A DNA stretch of 64,000 nt. It comes from an uncultured Acinetobacter sp. Lineage in GTDB: Bacteria > Pseudomonadota > Gammaproteobacteria > Pseudomonadales > Moraxellaceae. This document shows, piece by piece, positions 39,006-49,884 of the stretch. A program made the translations under genes and the position numbers. Position 1 is the first letter of the stretch. The number at the start of each line of letters is the position of its first letter. The stretch covers positions 15,079 to 79,078 of the forward strand of contig CAZOGM010000004.1 of the NCBI GenBank assembly GCA_964579445.1. Direction: 5' to 3'. Under the pieces are notes generated by a model, which was not told the DNA's origin, made no database searches, and saw only the letters and a program-made list of their open reading frames with translations.

Positions 39006-39253
39006 AGCGTACCCTTCTTTCGACATGGCCCTGATGGGGCAAAACGTATTCAAAATTCTAGTTAACGATTTCATTATTTAAAACAAAGAGATAATTTTTC
39101 TACTTTGCTTTATGGAGTTTACTCTGATTTATCATTACAAATATTTGACTGTATTTGCACTTATTTAAAGCAGATTAACCACTCTCAATCGCATACCAAT
39201 CCAAGCTCTTCGCGCCAAAATAGGGAGAATTTACTTGACTGATGCACCATTAA

Positions 39254-39270
39254 AGCAATAAACATGCCAA
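39254..39270 (-). promoter_or_regulatory. sigma54 (-24/-12) promoter upstream of gltBD
   Basis: Minus strand reads TTGGCATGTTTATTGCT, with GG and GC separated by exactly 10 nt. Confidence 0.7.
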
Positions 39271-39330
39271 ATCATTATTCTTATCTCTATTTGATCTAAT
39301 CAACCGAGTGCACAGCGCGCGCACTGCTTA

Positions 39331-39371
39331 AGCACCAAATTGGAACGCTAATATCGCACTATTAATGTGCA
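39331..39371. promoter_or_regulatory. NtrC-like enhancer boxes
   Basis: CGCAC-TATTAAT-GTGCA (39355-39371) and AGCACCA-AAT-TGGAACG (39331-39347), compared with consensus TGCACC-N5-GGTGCA, about 65-100 bp upstream of the sigma54 site. Confidence 0.5.
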
Positions 39372-39415
39372 TTTAACAACCTTATTTCATGGAACTGCGC
39401 CATTTTGATTCTATT

Positions 39416-40273
39416 TTAATTAAAAGGATCACTAATTTGTGTATCTGCTGGCTTAGGTATAGCTGCTGATTTTGGCGACTCTCTTTGGGCAGGTTGTTCC
39501 ACTACGGATTGAGAGCGCTTCACATCAACAACATTACCTGCCTGATCTTTACGGGTAATGGTGGTATTGGTTGTGGTTTTGGCCGGATCAATCGGAGTAT
39601 TCGTAACTGGTGTAGGTTTCACAATCAGAGATTCATCAATTAAAGGCAGCGGTACAGACTTTAATTTCACTTGATAAAGCTTATTGGTTCCGACAAGTTC
39701 TTCAGAACCCAGATCATTCACTGAAGTCTTATAATGTTCAAATTTTTGCACCATAGGTTTAACAGATGCAGGAAGTTGAAAAGGTAATTTTGCCACTTGA
39801 TCTTTGGCTTGATTTTCATTTTTAAAATTGCCAAAACCCAATACATACTGTTCAATCTGGTCTTCACCACTTAAACGGAAATAAATGAAATTTTTCCGAT
39901 CCGTTTGCTTTAACAAAAAGCTCTTAATTACATCCTCATTAGTGACACGAAACAGCTCAACAAACCAATTTTTCTGATTGTCTTGAATATATTTAGTGCC
40001 TCGAAATTCAGCCAAATGGTTGCCAGATGCAACTTTTCGTGCAGTTAAAGCCAAGGGTCTCACTTCTTCCGTTAACCCCCCCAAATGCGTGGTTGCAGCT
40101 ACTTTTTCAGGCTGAATGAGTACTTGGGTTTGTTCGATATGCTTAGACTGTGTCAGCAGTGCTTTGGTATCTGTCATCATCCAGAACACCACCGCAAAAA
40201 TTAAAAACAGTAACCCACCCATCAACCAAATATAATGTTGAATATTTTGCCAATTTGAATGTTTTACTGTCAT
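39416..40273 (-). CDS. DamX-like SPOR-domain membrane protein
   Basis: Single N-terminal TM helix; WFVELF...YVLGFGNFKNENQAKDQVAKLP resembles the DamX SPOR domain; sits in the damX position after aroK-aroB. Confidence 0.65.
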   Translation of the reverse strand: MTVKHSNWQNIQHYIWLMGGLLFLIFAVVFWMMTDTKALLTQSKHIEQTQVLIQPEKVAATTHLGGLTEEVRPLALTARKVASGNHLAEFRGTKYIQDNQKNWFVELFRVTNEDVIKSFLLKQTDRKNFIYFRLSGEDQIEQYVLGFGNFKNENQAKDQVAKLPFQLPASVKPMVQKFEHYKTSVNDLGSEELVGTNKLYQVKLKSVPLPLIDESLIVKPTPVTNTPIDPAKTTTNTTITRKDQAGNVVDVKRSQSVVEQPAQRESPKSAAIPKPADTQISDPFN

Positions 40274-40283
40274 GCTTTTTCTC

Positions 40284-41363
40284 TTATTGCTGATTACGCA
40301 AAATCGCTTGTTTCATTAGTTCAACATCAAAATCTTGACTAATGATGGCTTGCCCCAGATGTTTCATGAGAACTAAACGCAACTGACCATTTAAAACTTT
40401 TTTGTCATGCGACATATAAGCCAAAAATTCATCTAATGGAATTTGTGGACATTTTATCGGTAATTTGGCAGCGACAATAATGTTTTTTGTACGCTCGAGA
40501 TCCGCTTCTGAAATCCATCCCATCAAATATGACAAGTCTGCCGACATGACCATACCTGTGGCAACAGCTTCACCATGAAGCCATTCGCCATAACCCAAAT
40601 ACGATTCGATTGCATGACCAAAAGTATGACCTAGATTCAATAGAGCACGTTCACCCTGCTCTTTCTCATCATTGGCCACAATCCGCGCTTTATGAGCACA
40701 TGAGCGATAGACTGCTTCTGCAAGTAAAGCTGCATCACCTGAAATTAAGCCCACCATATTTTGTTCAAGCCATGCTAGAAAATCGACATCGCCAAGCAGC
40801 GCGTATTTAATGACTTCGGATAATCCTGCCGAAAGTTCTCGTTCAGGTAAGGTGCTGAGCTGTGCCATATCGGCAAGCACCACTTGAGGCTGTTGAAATG
40901 CGCCCAACATATTTTTACCCAAAGGATGATTAATCCCGGTTTTCCCCCCCACACTTGAGTCGACCTGAGATAAAAGCGTTGTCGGGATTTGAATGAAATA
41001 CACACCGCGCTGGAAACATGCAGAAGCAAAGCCTGCCATATCACCAATGACACCGCCACCTAACGCCAGCACCGTACAATCGCGGTTAAAACCCTGTTCA
41101 AGTAGGGCATCGAAAATCAAATTGAGATGTTCAATATTTTTATATTGCTCACCATCAGGCAATACACAAGTTTTGACCGTTTTACCTAAAGCTTCAATGG
41201 CTGAAATATAGTGTTCAAGATATAAAGGTTTAACGGTGGTATTGGTGACAATCATGACCTGTTTGCCATGGATATATGGCGCGAGTAATTCTTTTGGATT
41301 TAAATGACTGCCAATAAAAATGGGATAACGACGATCGCCTAATTCTACGTGTAAGGTTTGCAT
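40284..41363 (-). CDS. aroB: 3-dehydroquinate synthase
   Basis: [25 protein letters not shown] and [12 protein letters not shown]. Confidence 0.98.
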   Translation of the reverse strand: MQTLHVELGDRRYPIFIGSHLNPKELLAPYIHGKQVMIVTNTTVKPLYLEHYISAIEALGKTVKTCVLPDGEQYKNIEHLNLIFDALLEQGFNRDCTVLALGGGVIGDMAGFASACFQRGVYFIQIPTTLLSQVDSSVGGKTGINHPLGKNMLGAFQQPQVVLADMAQLSTLPERELSAGLSEVIKYALLGDVDFLAWLEQNMVGLISGDAALLAEAVYRSCAHKARIVANDEKEQGERALLNLGHTFGHAIESYLGYGEWLHGEAVATGMVMSADLSYLMGWISEADLERTKNIIVAAKLPIKCPQIPLDEFLAYMSHDKKVLNGQLRLVLMKHLGQAIISQDFDVELMKQAILRNQQ

Positions 41364-41388
41364 GATTTTAAAGCCAATTTAAATAAGA

Positions 41389-41931
41389 TTAGTTCAATTC
41401 TTTTGCCACAATCAGCTGCAATATTTTTTGCGCAAGATCACGCGCTGCACCCTGATTGGTTTCAATAATATGATGAGCAACATCACGATACAGTGGATCT
41501 CGAGCTTGAAGTAGATCTCTTAATTTTTTTTCAGGATTTTCGACCTGCAACAAAGGTCTGTTTTTATCGCGGTAAGTCCGTTGCAGCTGAATTTCGACAG
41601 GTGTATATAAATAAATCACAATGCCACGTGCTTTTAAATAATCACGATTCACGACTTGCGTGACTGCTCCACCACCTGTGGCAATCACTAAATTATTTTT
41701 AGACGTTAAGTCATCAATCACCAAGGACTCACGGTGTCGAAATCCTTGCTCACCCTCTTTTTCAAAAATCCATGGGATGGTCGCCCCAGTTTTTCTTTCT
41801 ATTTCGTGATCACTGTCGAGAAATTCCCGATGGAGTAATTCCGCTAGATGTCGACCAACTGTTGTTTTCCCTGCTCCCATGGGCCCTACCAAATAAATAT
41901 TCGGTAGAGATTCAAACTCTTTGCTTGGCAA
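41389..41931 (-). CDS. aroK: Shikimate kinase
   Basis: GPMGAGKTTVG, DSDHEIE, ATGGG and RPLL motifs. Confidence 0.98.
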   Translation of the reverse strand: MPSKEFESLPNIYLVGPMGAGKTTVGRHLAELLHREFLDSDHEIERKTGATIPWIFEKEGEQGFRHRESLVIDDLTSKNNLVIATGGGAVTQVVNRDYLKARGIVIYLYTPVEIQLQRTYRDKNRPLLQVENPEKKLRDLLQARDPLYRDVAHHIIETNQGAARDLAQKILQLIVAKELN

Positions 41932-41967
41932 GGAGTCACCTATTGAATTGCTTTCATTGAAAGTATA

Positions 41968-44145
41968 TTAATGATTTCTAGATTGACTGTCATTAACAAT
42001 TCTTGGTGTCACAAAGATTAATAACTCACGCTTACTTTCAGATTTTGAATCACGGCGGAATAACCGTCCAATTGCAGGCAAATCCCCCAAGAAAGGTACT
42101 TTGGTCTGCTGGTTACGGGTTTCCTGTTCAAAAATACCACCCAACACCACAGTTTCACCGTTATCCACCAAGACATTGGTGTCAATTTCATTCTTGTTCA
42201 GAATGATCTCACCATTCGGTGCAGCACCCGCTGGTGAGTCACTGGTAATGTTCAATTTCATTTGAACTTTACCATCTGGCGTAATACTCGGGGTTACGTC
42301 CAAACTCAAAAGGGCATCTTTAAAAGATGTGGTCGCAGTGGCTGTACCACCTGCGGTTTCCGTGGTTTGATACGGAATTTGTTGACCCGAAGCCACTCTG
42401 GCTTGTTGTTTGTCGGCGGTCAGTACTTTTGGCGTTGAAATCACCTCACCATAACCATCGGCTTGTAGCGCAGAGAGTTCTAAATCGAGCATAAAGTCAG
42501 ACATATTGATCAAACCAAAAGCGATTTTCCCTGCTGCTCCTTGCACCCCTAAATCGACGTTAAGATTATCTGGACGCTGAATATCATATTTACCATCATC
42601 ATCTGGGGTTTTTAAATCCCATAGGGTTTGATCGCTACCACCGACCAACAAATCATTATTGCGGGTAATGCCTTGCGATAAAATACCCCACTTAACCCCC
42701 ATATCTTTGGTGAAATCAGTGGTTGCACGGACAATACGTGCTTCAATCATGACTTGTTTAACAGACACATCCAGTAAATCAATCATTTTACGGATTTGAT
42801 CAATTTTTTGTGCCGTGTCATTCACAATTAACGTATTGGTTCGTGGGTCAAATGAAACCGTGCCACGCGGACTTAAGAGTGAACCTACACTGTCGCCAAG
42901 CGGATCAGTACCACCACCTGTATTGTTCGTATTTCCCGAATTTGAGCTGTTTTTACCTTGGGTAATCAACTTTTCAATATCGGCAACCTTGGCATAGTTC
43001 AACTGTATGTATTCAGTTTGCAATGGAGCCAATTTCACACTTTGTGCAATTGCTTTGGCTTCATCTTCTTCCGCTTTGATGAGCTCAGTCACAGGCGCAA
43101 TCCAGATCACGCTGCCATTACGACGCTTGTCTAAATTTTTGGTCTTTAAAATAATATCTAATGCTTGATCCCAAGGCACATCTTTTAAACGTAAAGTAAT
43201 ATTGCCTTGCACAGTGTCCGATGCCACCATATTAATGCCCGTGAAATCTGCCAAAAGCTGCAAAACACGTCGAACTTCAATGTCTTGGAAATCTAAAGAT
43301 ATTTTATTTCCGACATAATGATTCGTTGATTGACTGCTCTTGATGCCTTTTTTCTCTTCAGGACGCTTTAAGCTAATCGTCAATTTATCTTCTGCTTGGA
43401 ATGCCATGTACTCATAGCTACCTGAAGATTGAATGGTAATGACACCATTTGCACCATCATTGTAGGCATCGACATTGGATACAGGGGTTGCAAAATCATT
43501 TACATTTAAACGGCGAATTAAACGTGCTGGAATTTTATTGCCCAAGAAGCGAACCACCACTTTACTGCCTTGCTGTTGCACATCGACAGGCGTATTTGCA
43601 CCTTGCAGATTTAAAATCACTTGCCCTTCACCCGCACTGCCGCGCTGGAAACCGATATCGGCTAGACCTTGACTTTGTTTTATTTCTGGCGCTACAAAGT
43701 TCGCTAAAGTATTGGTAGCCTGATTATTAATTTTCAGGATAAAAGTATTGCCTTCAACTCGCGTGGTGTAATCACCTTTTTGTTTTAAATTAATGGTCAA
43801 ACGCGAGCGCTGATCATCCGATGCCACTTCAACCGAAGTCGCTTCAGAAGTTGAGACAGGAATATTGCTTTGACTCAATGCCTGACGAGTCTGATTAAAA
43901 TCTAATACTAAGCGTGCAGGATTTTCCAATTGATAAGCTTGGGGCTGTGGAGGTAGGCCATTAAACATGACACGAACTTCTGTGCCTTGCCCCGGAATTT
44001 GCATGGGTACGACATTGGTCATGGTCATTTGTGCAGATGCAGCCTGCATTACTGCGAGTGACACAGTTGCTAAAGCAAATCGACGTAACATACTGTTCAT
44101 AGACTGATCATCCCCACCCCAAAAATTTTGTACACTATTTTTCAT
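41968..44145 (-). CDS. pilQ: Type IV pilus/competence secretin PilQ (ComQ)
   Basis: AMIN domains, ISLDFQD, LDVSVKQVMIEARIV and KVPFLGDLPAIGRLF...ELLIFVTPRIV; SD AAGGA before ATG 44145. Confidence 0.97.
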   Translation of the reverse strand: MKNSVQNFWGGDDQSMNSMLRRFALATVSLAVMQAASAQMTMTNVVPMQIPGQGTEVRVMFNGLPPQPQAYQLENPARLVLDFNQTRQALSQSNIPVSTSEATSVEVASDDQRSRLTINLKQKGDYTTRVEGNTFILKINNQATNTLANFVAPEIKQSQGLADIGFQRGSAGEGQVILNLQGANTPVDVQQQGSKVVVRFLGNKIPARLIRRLNVNDFATPVSNVDAYNDGANGVITIQSSGSYEYMAFQAEDKLTISLKRPEEKKGIKSSQSTNHYVGNKISLDFQDIEVRRVLQLLADFTGINMVASDTVQGNITLRLKDVPWDQALDIILKTKNLDKRRNGSVIWIAPVTELIKAEEDEAKAIAQSVKLAPLQTEYIQLNYAKVADIEKLITQGKNSSNSGNTNNTGGGTDPLGDSVGSLLSPRGTVSFDPRTNTLIVNDTAQKIDQIRKMIDLLDVSVKQVMIEARIVRATTDFTKDMGVKWGILSQGITRNNDLLVGGSDQTLWDLKTPDDDGKYDIQRPDNLNVDLGVQGAAGKIAFGLINMSDFMLDLELSALQADGYGEVISTPKVLTADKQQARVASGQQIPYQTTETAGGTATATTSFKDALLSLDVTPSITPDGKVQMKLNITSDSPAGAAPNGEIILNKNEIDTNVLVDNGETVVLGGIFEQETRNQQTKVPFLGDLPAIGRLFRRDSKSESKRELLIFVTPRIVNDSQSRNH

Positions 44146-44164
44146 TGTTATTCCTTATTTTGCC

Positions 44165-44695
44165 TTAATCCACTGGACCAATCAAAACCAAACTTCGCGG
44201 TCTTTCGATATAACCATCTCTACCGTCTGGCACGATTTCCAACAGGTCGATACGTGTTGGTGTAATATTCACAATACGCCCTTGATTGACACCCATATAA
44301 CTGCCGCGTTGAACTTTCTCAATTTCACCATCCGGTGTTTGGATCAGTGCCAAAATTTGACCCCTTGCACCTTTCATACTGCCTTTGAGATTTAAACTTT
44401 CAAGTGCGTAACTTTCTAAAGGCTGGGGTGGTCGGGCAAGGTTTGGATAGACGCGTTTACCAGACATCACCTTTAATTCATTGGCCAGTGAGTTGGGTAG
44501 CACTGGACTACGTAGTTGATGCGCTGAATAGTTAAAGGTAGGCACTGGATTAAATACAGGCGCAGGCTCAATTGGCAAAGGAGCTTGACTCCGAATATTC
44601 GCCATTTCCTGATTGACTGCATCAATACGTGACTCACAGCCCGTTAACAACACCAAAGCGAGCAAACCAGATGAAATTTTCCAATTTTTTATCAT
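44165..44695 (-). CDS. pilP: Type IV pilus lipoprotein PilP
   Basis: Lipobox LLTGC and PLESYALESL motif. Confidence 0.95.
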   Translation of the reverse strand: MIKNWKISSGLLALVLLTGCESRIDAVNQEMANIRSQAPLPIEPAPVFNPVPTFNYSAHQLRSPVLPNSLANELKVMSGKRVYPNLARPPQPLESYALESLNLKGSMKGARGQILALIQTPDGEIEKVQRGSYMGVNQGRIVNITPTRIDLLEIVPDGRDGYIERPRSLVLIGPVD

Positions 44696-45423
44696 GGTGT
44701 CTCCCCTGTCGTTGCTTGAGTCGGTGCAGCTGTGGTCATTGAAGGCATATCATTGGTTGTCGCGATATAACGATAAGTCTTGGCTTTTAATGAATAGTCC
44801 ACTGTCGGAATGTCAGACTTTTTATCTGAGCTTTGCGTCGCCGTGATCACAAAGTCATGCAAAGTCACGATTCGTGGCAAAGCCGCAATTCCACTGACGA
44901 AACTCCCAAAGGAGTGATAATCACCCGTAGCCTCAATTGAAATAGGCTGTTCAATAAAAAACTCTTGCGTCACTTCAGGTTCAAGACGAATATTCTTAAA
45001 CTTCAAACCTGAATTCACACCAGTCAAGTTAATGTCTTCAACCAAACTTGGAATTTCAGTTTCTTTGGGCAATTGTTGTAATTGCTGGTTGAAGTTCATT
45101 TCCATTTGCTGAAGCTGAGCTTGATATTGCTGCAAATTACGCAGTTTTGAATCTTTATCTTTAAAGGCATTCAGCAGGTTTTGTTCTTCAGCACGTGCTA
45201 GATCAATCGCATCAAGTTTCGGTTTGAGCGCCAAAAAGTAGCCAATTGCACATACTACAAAAAACAAAAAGATCCAACAGGTAATTTTAACCGAAAGCGG
45301 CCAACTGCCAAAATTACTCGAATCTAAAGTATTGAACTGTTGAAAAAACTTATCCACACTCATACTTTTCTTTTTGGGCGTGTCTAACTCATCATCAAAT
45401 TCATCTAAATCTTCACGACTCAT
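44692..45423 (-). CDS. pilO: Type IV pilus assembly protein PilO
   Basis: LPKETEIPSLVEDI and GDYHSFGSFVSGIAALPRIVTL motifs. Confidence 0.95.
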   Translation of the reverse strand: MSREDLDEFDDELDTPKKKSMSVDKFFQQFNTLDSSNFGSWPLSVKITCWIFLFFVVCAIGYFLALKPKLDAIDLARAEEQNLLNAFKDKDSKLRNLQQYQAQLQQMEMNFNQQLQQLPKETEIPSLVEDINLTGVNSGLKFKNIRLEPEVTQEFFIEQPISIEATGDYHSFGSFVSGIAALPRIVTLHDFVITATQSSDKKSDIPTVDYSLKAKTYRYIATTNDMPSMTTAAPTQATTGETP

Positions 45424-46046
45424 TGCGCAGCCCCCTGTGTATTGGTCTGATCTTGCGCAGGTAATGCAATTGCACCCAAATCTGCGGTCACCACAAATGT
45501 ACCGTACGACTCTTCGACCCTTGGGATCACAGACGATGGCGCTTTTTCTTTATTTTCAGTTGCTGCGAGGAATGAGTTCATAAAGGCATTGCGATACCAC
45601 TCAGATGCCTCCAAACCACGCAATAACTCAGCAACCGAATTCGGGCTTTCTGCGTTACCCTCAATGGTGAATTTATCGCCTTGACGAGAAAACTTAGTGA
45701 TATACATGCTGGCTGGAACAACTCGAACCAATTCATCTACTAGACGCACAGTTACAGGACGCTGACCTTCAAGCCCTTGAATCAATTTCATTCGATCAAT
45801 CACCGCTTTACGGCGTTCTTGCAAACCCTCCAATGTCTTTAATTGGGTGTCCAAGTTTTGATTGGTACTGACCACCAACTGATTGGCTTGCTCTTGATCA
45901 TTCAGCTTTTGATTGAGAAAAAACCAACTGGCCAATACGGCCGCAATGGCCAGTAAAGCAACTGCAATACAGATCGTAATAAATTCTTTTTTTCGCTGTT
46001 CTCTTCGCTCTTCACGCCAAGGGAGTAAATTAATCTTTGCCATCAA
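45420..46046 (-). CDS. pilN: Type IV pilus assembly protein PilN
   Basis: INLLPWRE PilM-binding motif followed by a TM helix. Confidence 0.96.
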   Translation of the reverse strand: MMAKINLLPWREERREQRKKEFITICIAVALLAIAAVLASWFFLNQKLNDQEQANQLVVSTNQNLDTQLKTLEGLQERRKAVIDRMKLIQGLEGQRPVTVRLVDELVRVVPASMYITKFSRQGDKFTIEGNAESPNSVAELLRGLEASEWYRNAFMNSFLAATENKEKAPSSVIPRVEESYGTFVVTADLGAIALPAQDQTNTQGAAQ

Positions 46047-47101
46047 TCAAAACTCCTCAATGCTAATCCACAAGCGACCAATAAAGACGGTGCATCATTT
46101 TCTATTTTTCGAAGATCAATTTGAGGAGAAAACCCCATTTGTAAAAATGGATTGGCAATGGTCACACGATAACCGAGTTTTTGCTGCATGAGTTTTGATA
46201 AACCAGGGATATTGGCATTACCACCTGCTAACAAAATATGATCAATTTCATTAAATTGCGATGAGGAGAAAAAGAATTGTAGTGAGCGCGCCGCTTGTTG
46301 AACGACCGCATCTAAGAACGGCAACAATACTTCGGTTTCATAATCATCGGGCAATGTACGGTCTTTTTTTGCACGCCCCGCTTCTTCATAGGACAAGCCA
46401 TAACGCGTTTGAACATCTTGAGTTAATTGCTTACCCCCAAAGACCTGTTCACGGGTATAAATGATTTTGCCGTTTTGCATCACTGATAAAGTGGTCATGG
46501 TATGACCAATATCAAGCACACCGACCAAACTTACCCCAATCGGTAAAGTGTCTGAAAACACATCAAAACTACGTTCTAGGGCGTAACTTTCTACATCTGC
46601 AACTTTAGGATGTAAACCCACCAGTTCTAAAACTTCAATACGCGAATCGACATTTTCAGTTCGTGTTGCGACCAATAGAACATTAACACGGTTAGGGTTG
46701 GTTAATTTTTCAGGTAGCACTTCAAAATCAAGACTGACTTCATCGAGCGGGAAAGGAATATATTGTTCAGCATCCATGCGAATTTGAACTTCACGTTCTT
46801 CATCAGACATGTCAGCATCCATCTCAATGGTTTTATGAATGACCATTGAGGTAGGGACTGCAATTGCAACATTGGAGGATTGTGGATTGGCAATGTTCAT
46901 TGCACGTTCTAGCGCATCTGCAACATTGTCCACATTTAAAATATTCTTTTCAACCACACTTCCGTCCACCAACGGGCTCAAGCCGTAGCTTTCTACCCAG
47001 TAGCGTCCATTTTTTACAGAGAGTTCCAACAACTTTACAGAAGTAGAACTAATGTCTACTCCTATTAACCCCTTATTTGGCTTACGATATAGTCTAAGCA
47101 C
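46043..47101 (-). CDS. pilM: Type IV pilus assembly protein PilM
   Basis: IGVDISSTSVKLLEL, VLDIGHT and ILLAGG actin-like motifs; GTG 47101 with SD AGGA is preferred. Confidence 0.96.
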   Translation of the reverse strand: MLRLYRKPNKGLIGVDISSTSVKLLELSVKNGRYWVESYGLSPLVDGSVVEKNILNVDNVADALERAMNIANPQSSNVAIAVPTSMVIHKTIEMDADMSDEEREVQIRMDAEQYIPFPLDEVSLDFEVLPEKLTNPNRVNVLLVATRTENVDSRIEVLELVGLHPKVADVESYALERSFDVFSDTLPIGVSLVGVLDIGHTMTTLSVMQNGKIIYTREQVFGGKQLTQDVQTRYGLSYEEAGRAKKDRTLPDDYETEVLLPFLDAVVQQAARSLQFFFSSSQFNEIDHILLAGGNANIPGLSKLMQQKLGYRVTIANPFLQMGFSPQIDLRKIENDAPSLLVACGLALRSFD

Positions 47102-47263
47102 AGTGCAATTCCTATTATTTTTTTCTATCCCCAACAACAATACAAACTAATCTAAATTTGGTCTATTTTTTGCGGATATAATAACTCAACTAACAATCCG
47201 TTAAATGAGAAGCTATACTGACCATCTTAGTTTGCCTTTAGCACCTATTAAAACTTACTTGTT

Positions 47264-49813
47264 ATGAAAAAGCTATCTCGTTGTGGACACATTCATCCTT
47301 TTTTTCTACTGATAATTATCATTTTAGTTACGGTTCCGATGGGTTTTTACGGCATGTACTTGTACATTGCACCATCACTTCCAGAAATGAGTTCTCTAAA
47401 AAAGGCACCTTTATTAAAGCCTTTGCAGGTTTACACCTCAGATAATCAACTCATTGCTGAGTATGGTGGCAAACTTTCTGTGCCTGTAGATTATGCACAA
47501 ATTCCTGAAAGTTTTATTCATGCGTTTTTAGCTGCTGAAGATTCGTCATTTTTCGACCATAGTGGCGTCAGCTTTAAAGGCTTAGGTCGTGCGGTCAGCG
47601 AGACAGTGACTGGCTCTGATGTGCAAACAGGTGGTTCAACTATTACCATGCAAGTGGCAAAGAACTACTATTTGTCTCCAGAACGAACCTTAAAGCGTAA
47701 ATTGACTGAAATTTTCCTTGCACGAAAAATAGAACAAAACTTAAGTAAAGAAGATATTTTGACCTTGTATGTCAACAAAATTTTCTTGGGCAAAAATGCC
47801 TATGGAATTGCAGCTGCCGCAAAAATTTATTATGACAAAAGTCTAGATCAACTCTCGATTGCCCAAATGGCGATGATTGCTGGTTTACCCAAAGCGCCTT
47901 CTAAATATAATCCTGTCGCCAATCCAGAACGTGCGTTAGAACGTCGTAACTGGATTTTGGGTCGCATGTTACAACTTGGATATATCACGCAAGCGCAGTA
48001 TCAAAGTGCGGTGGCTGAACCTGTGGTCCTCAATATGCCTGATCGTGGTGTGGGCAACAAATTTCCCTATGTAGGTGAAATGGTGCGCTCAGAACTGGTG
48101 AATAAATTTGGGGAACTTGCGATTGATTCTGGGTATAAAGTCTATACCACCATTGATTATAAGCGCCAAGAATATGCAGAAGATTCTGTACGTCGTGGTT
48201 TAGAGGATTATGATCGTCGTCATGGCTGGCGTGGTGCAGAAGCGCATGATCAACCGCTGAAAAATTTTATGGCCTATGCCAACACCTATCCAGTTGAAGT
48301 TACCAAGGTGAATAGCAATTCTTTTGAAGCCACCATGCAAGATGGCTCAAGTGTAACCGTACCATGGTCAGGCATGTCATGGGCACGCCCTTATCGCAAT
48401 GCCAACAGTGTGGGTGGAGCACCAAGCCGTGCATCTCAGATTGTTAAAGTGAAAGATATTGTTCGCCTAAGACCCAATGAAAATAAAAGCTCATGGGCAT
48501 TGGTGCAAGTACCGAAAGTTCAAGGGCAACTGATTGCCTTAAATCCCAATGATGGCTCAATCGTGGCCATTGTCGGTGGATATAATTTTTATCAATCTAA
48601 ATTTAACCGCGCAATTCAAGGTTGGCGTCAACCCGGTTCGATTATTAAACCCTTTGTCTATTCATTGGCTTTAGAGCGCGGCATGACACCGCATACCATG
48701 GTTAATGACAATCCAATCACGATTGGTAAATGGTCACCTCGAAATTCTGATGGTCGTTATTTGGGTATGATTCCTTTACGCCGTGCGTTGTATTTATCAC
48801 GCAATACTGTATCGGTACGTTTATTACAAACCGTGGGGATAGAACGTACTCGTCAATTGTTTATGGATTTTGGTTTACAAGAAGACCAAATCCCTCGTAA
48901 CTACACGATTGCTTTAGGAACACCTCAAGTTCTACCCGTGCAAATGGCGACAGGTTATTCCGCCATTGCCAATGGTGGCTTCCGTGTTCAACCGCATTTT
49001 ATTAGTAAAATTGAAGATGCTTACGGAAAAGTGATTTATAAAGCCAATCCTGAGTATGCTTGTATTAGCTGTATTGCGAGTGAAAATAAATCAGTTAAAG
49101 CTGAAACCAGCACCCCTGATGATGAAGTGATTGAAGTCACCAATAAAACTCTTGAAGCTGAAACACCACCAAAAGCATTAACCAAAGAAGAAAAAAGTCA
49201 ATTTCGTCAAGCACAGCGTATCTTGAAATCAAGTTCTGCGTTTGATATGTCCAATATTTTGAAAGATGTGATTGCTCACGGTACGGGACGTGCAGCCCTA
49301 AAAATTGGTCGTAATGACTTGGGTGGTAAAACAGGTACAACCAATGATGCCAAAGATGCTTGGTTTGCTGGATTTAACGGCAAATTAGTAGCCGTTACTT
49401 GGGTTGGTTTTGATCAGCCTTCAACACTGGGGCGTCGTGAGTATGGTGGTATAGCTGCCCTGCCGATTTGGAGCAATTTCATGGCTAAATCTTTGGCGGG
49501 TACACCGCATGCGTGGGTAAATTTGGACAAAAATGCCAAAGCGCCCCTGACTCGCGATCAGCGTGGAAAAACCGTTGAAGTCGATGATACGCCTTCAGAA
49601 AATGCAGGTAGCCCACCTCTGGCACGTCCGATTTATCGTCCAACGTTAGTTCGTCCAAGCAATAATCAAACAACAGATTTTGAAGATTTACCGGGCGATG
49701 AACAGGCACTAAAACCGGCAAACACTGCACCACCAGCATTGAATCAAGCTCCTGCGAAGCGTGAAGCACCGAAGCAGGATGCTTTGGAAAATCTGATCAA
49801 TGAGGTGCAATAA
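47264..49813 (+). CDS. ponA: Penicillin-binding protein 1A
   Basis: Transglycosylase EDSSFFDHSG and GGSTITMQVAKN; transpeptidase SIIK, SRN and KTGT; divergent from pilM. Confidence 0.97.
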   Translation: MKKLSRCGHIHPFFLLIIIILVTVPMGFYGMYLYIAPSLPEMSSLKKAPLLKPLQVYTSDNQLIAEYGGKLSVPVDYAQIPESFIHAFLAAEDSSFFDHSGVSFKGLGRAVSETVTGSDVQTGGSTITMQVAKNYYLSPERTLKRKLTEIFLARKIEQNLSKEDILTLYVNKIFLGKNAYGIAAAAKIYYDKSLDQLSIAQMAMIAGLPKAPSKYNPVANPERALERRNWILGRMLQLGYITQAQYQSAVAEPVVLNMPDRGVGNKFPYVGEMVRSELVNKFGELAIDSGYKVYTTIDYKRQEYAEDSVRRGLEDYDRRHGWRGAEAHDQPLKNFMAYANTYPVEVTKVNSNSFEATMQDGSSVTVPWSGMSWARPYRNANSVGGAPSRASQIVKVKDIVRLRPNENKSSWALVQVPKVQGQLIALNPNDGSIVAIVGGYNFYQSKFNRAIQGWRQPGSIIKPFVYSLALERGMTPHTMVNDNPITIGKWSPRNSDGRYLGMIPLRRALYLSRNTVSVRLLQTVGIERTRQLFMDFGLQEDQIPRNYTIALGTPQVLPVQMATGYSAIANGGFRVQPHFISKIEDAYGKVIYKANPEYACISCIASENKSVKAETSTPDDEVIEVTNKTLEAETPPKALTKEEKSQFRQAQRILKSSSAFDMSNILKDVIAHGTGRAALKIGRNDLGGKTGTTNDAKDAWFAGFNGKLVAVTWVGFDQPSTLGRREYGGIAALPIWSNFMAKSLAGTPHAWVNLDKNAKAPLTRDQRGKTVEVDDTPSENAGSPPLARPIYRPTLVRPSNNQTTDFEDLPGDEQALKPANTAPPALNQAPAKREAPKQDALENLINEVQ

Positions 49814-49838
49814 GCACGCTTGATTATTTAAGCATTAG

Positions 49839-49884
49839 ATGCAACATAAAAAAGCCCTCTGTCGAGGGCTTTTTTATGTTGCAT
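49839..49884. terminator. Bidirectional intrinsic terminator (21-bp perfect inverted repeat)
   Basis: ATGCAACATAAAAAAGCCCTC-TGTC-GAGGGCTTTTTTATGTTGCAT between ponA and rlmA. Confidence 0.92.
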
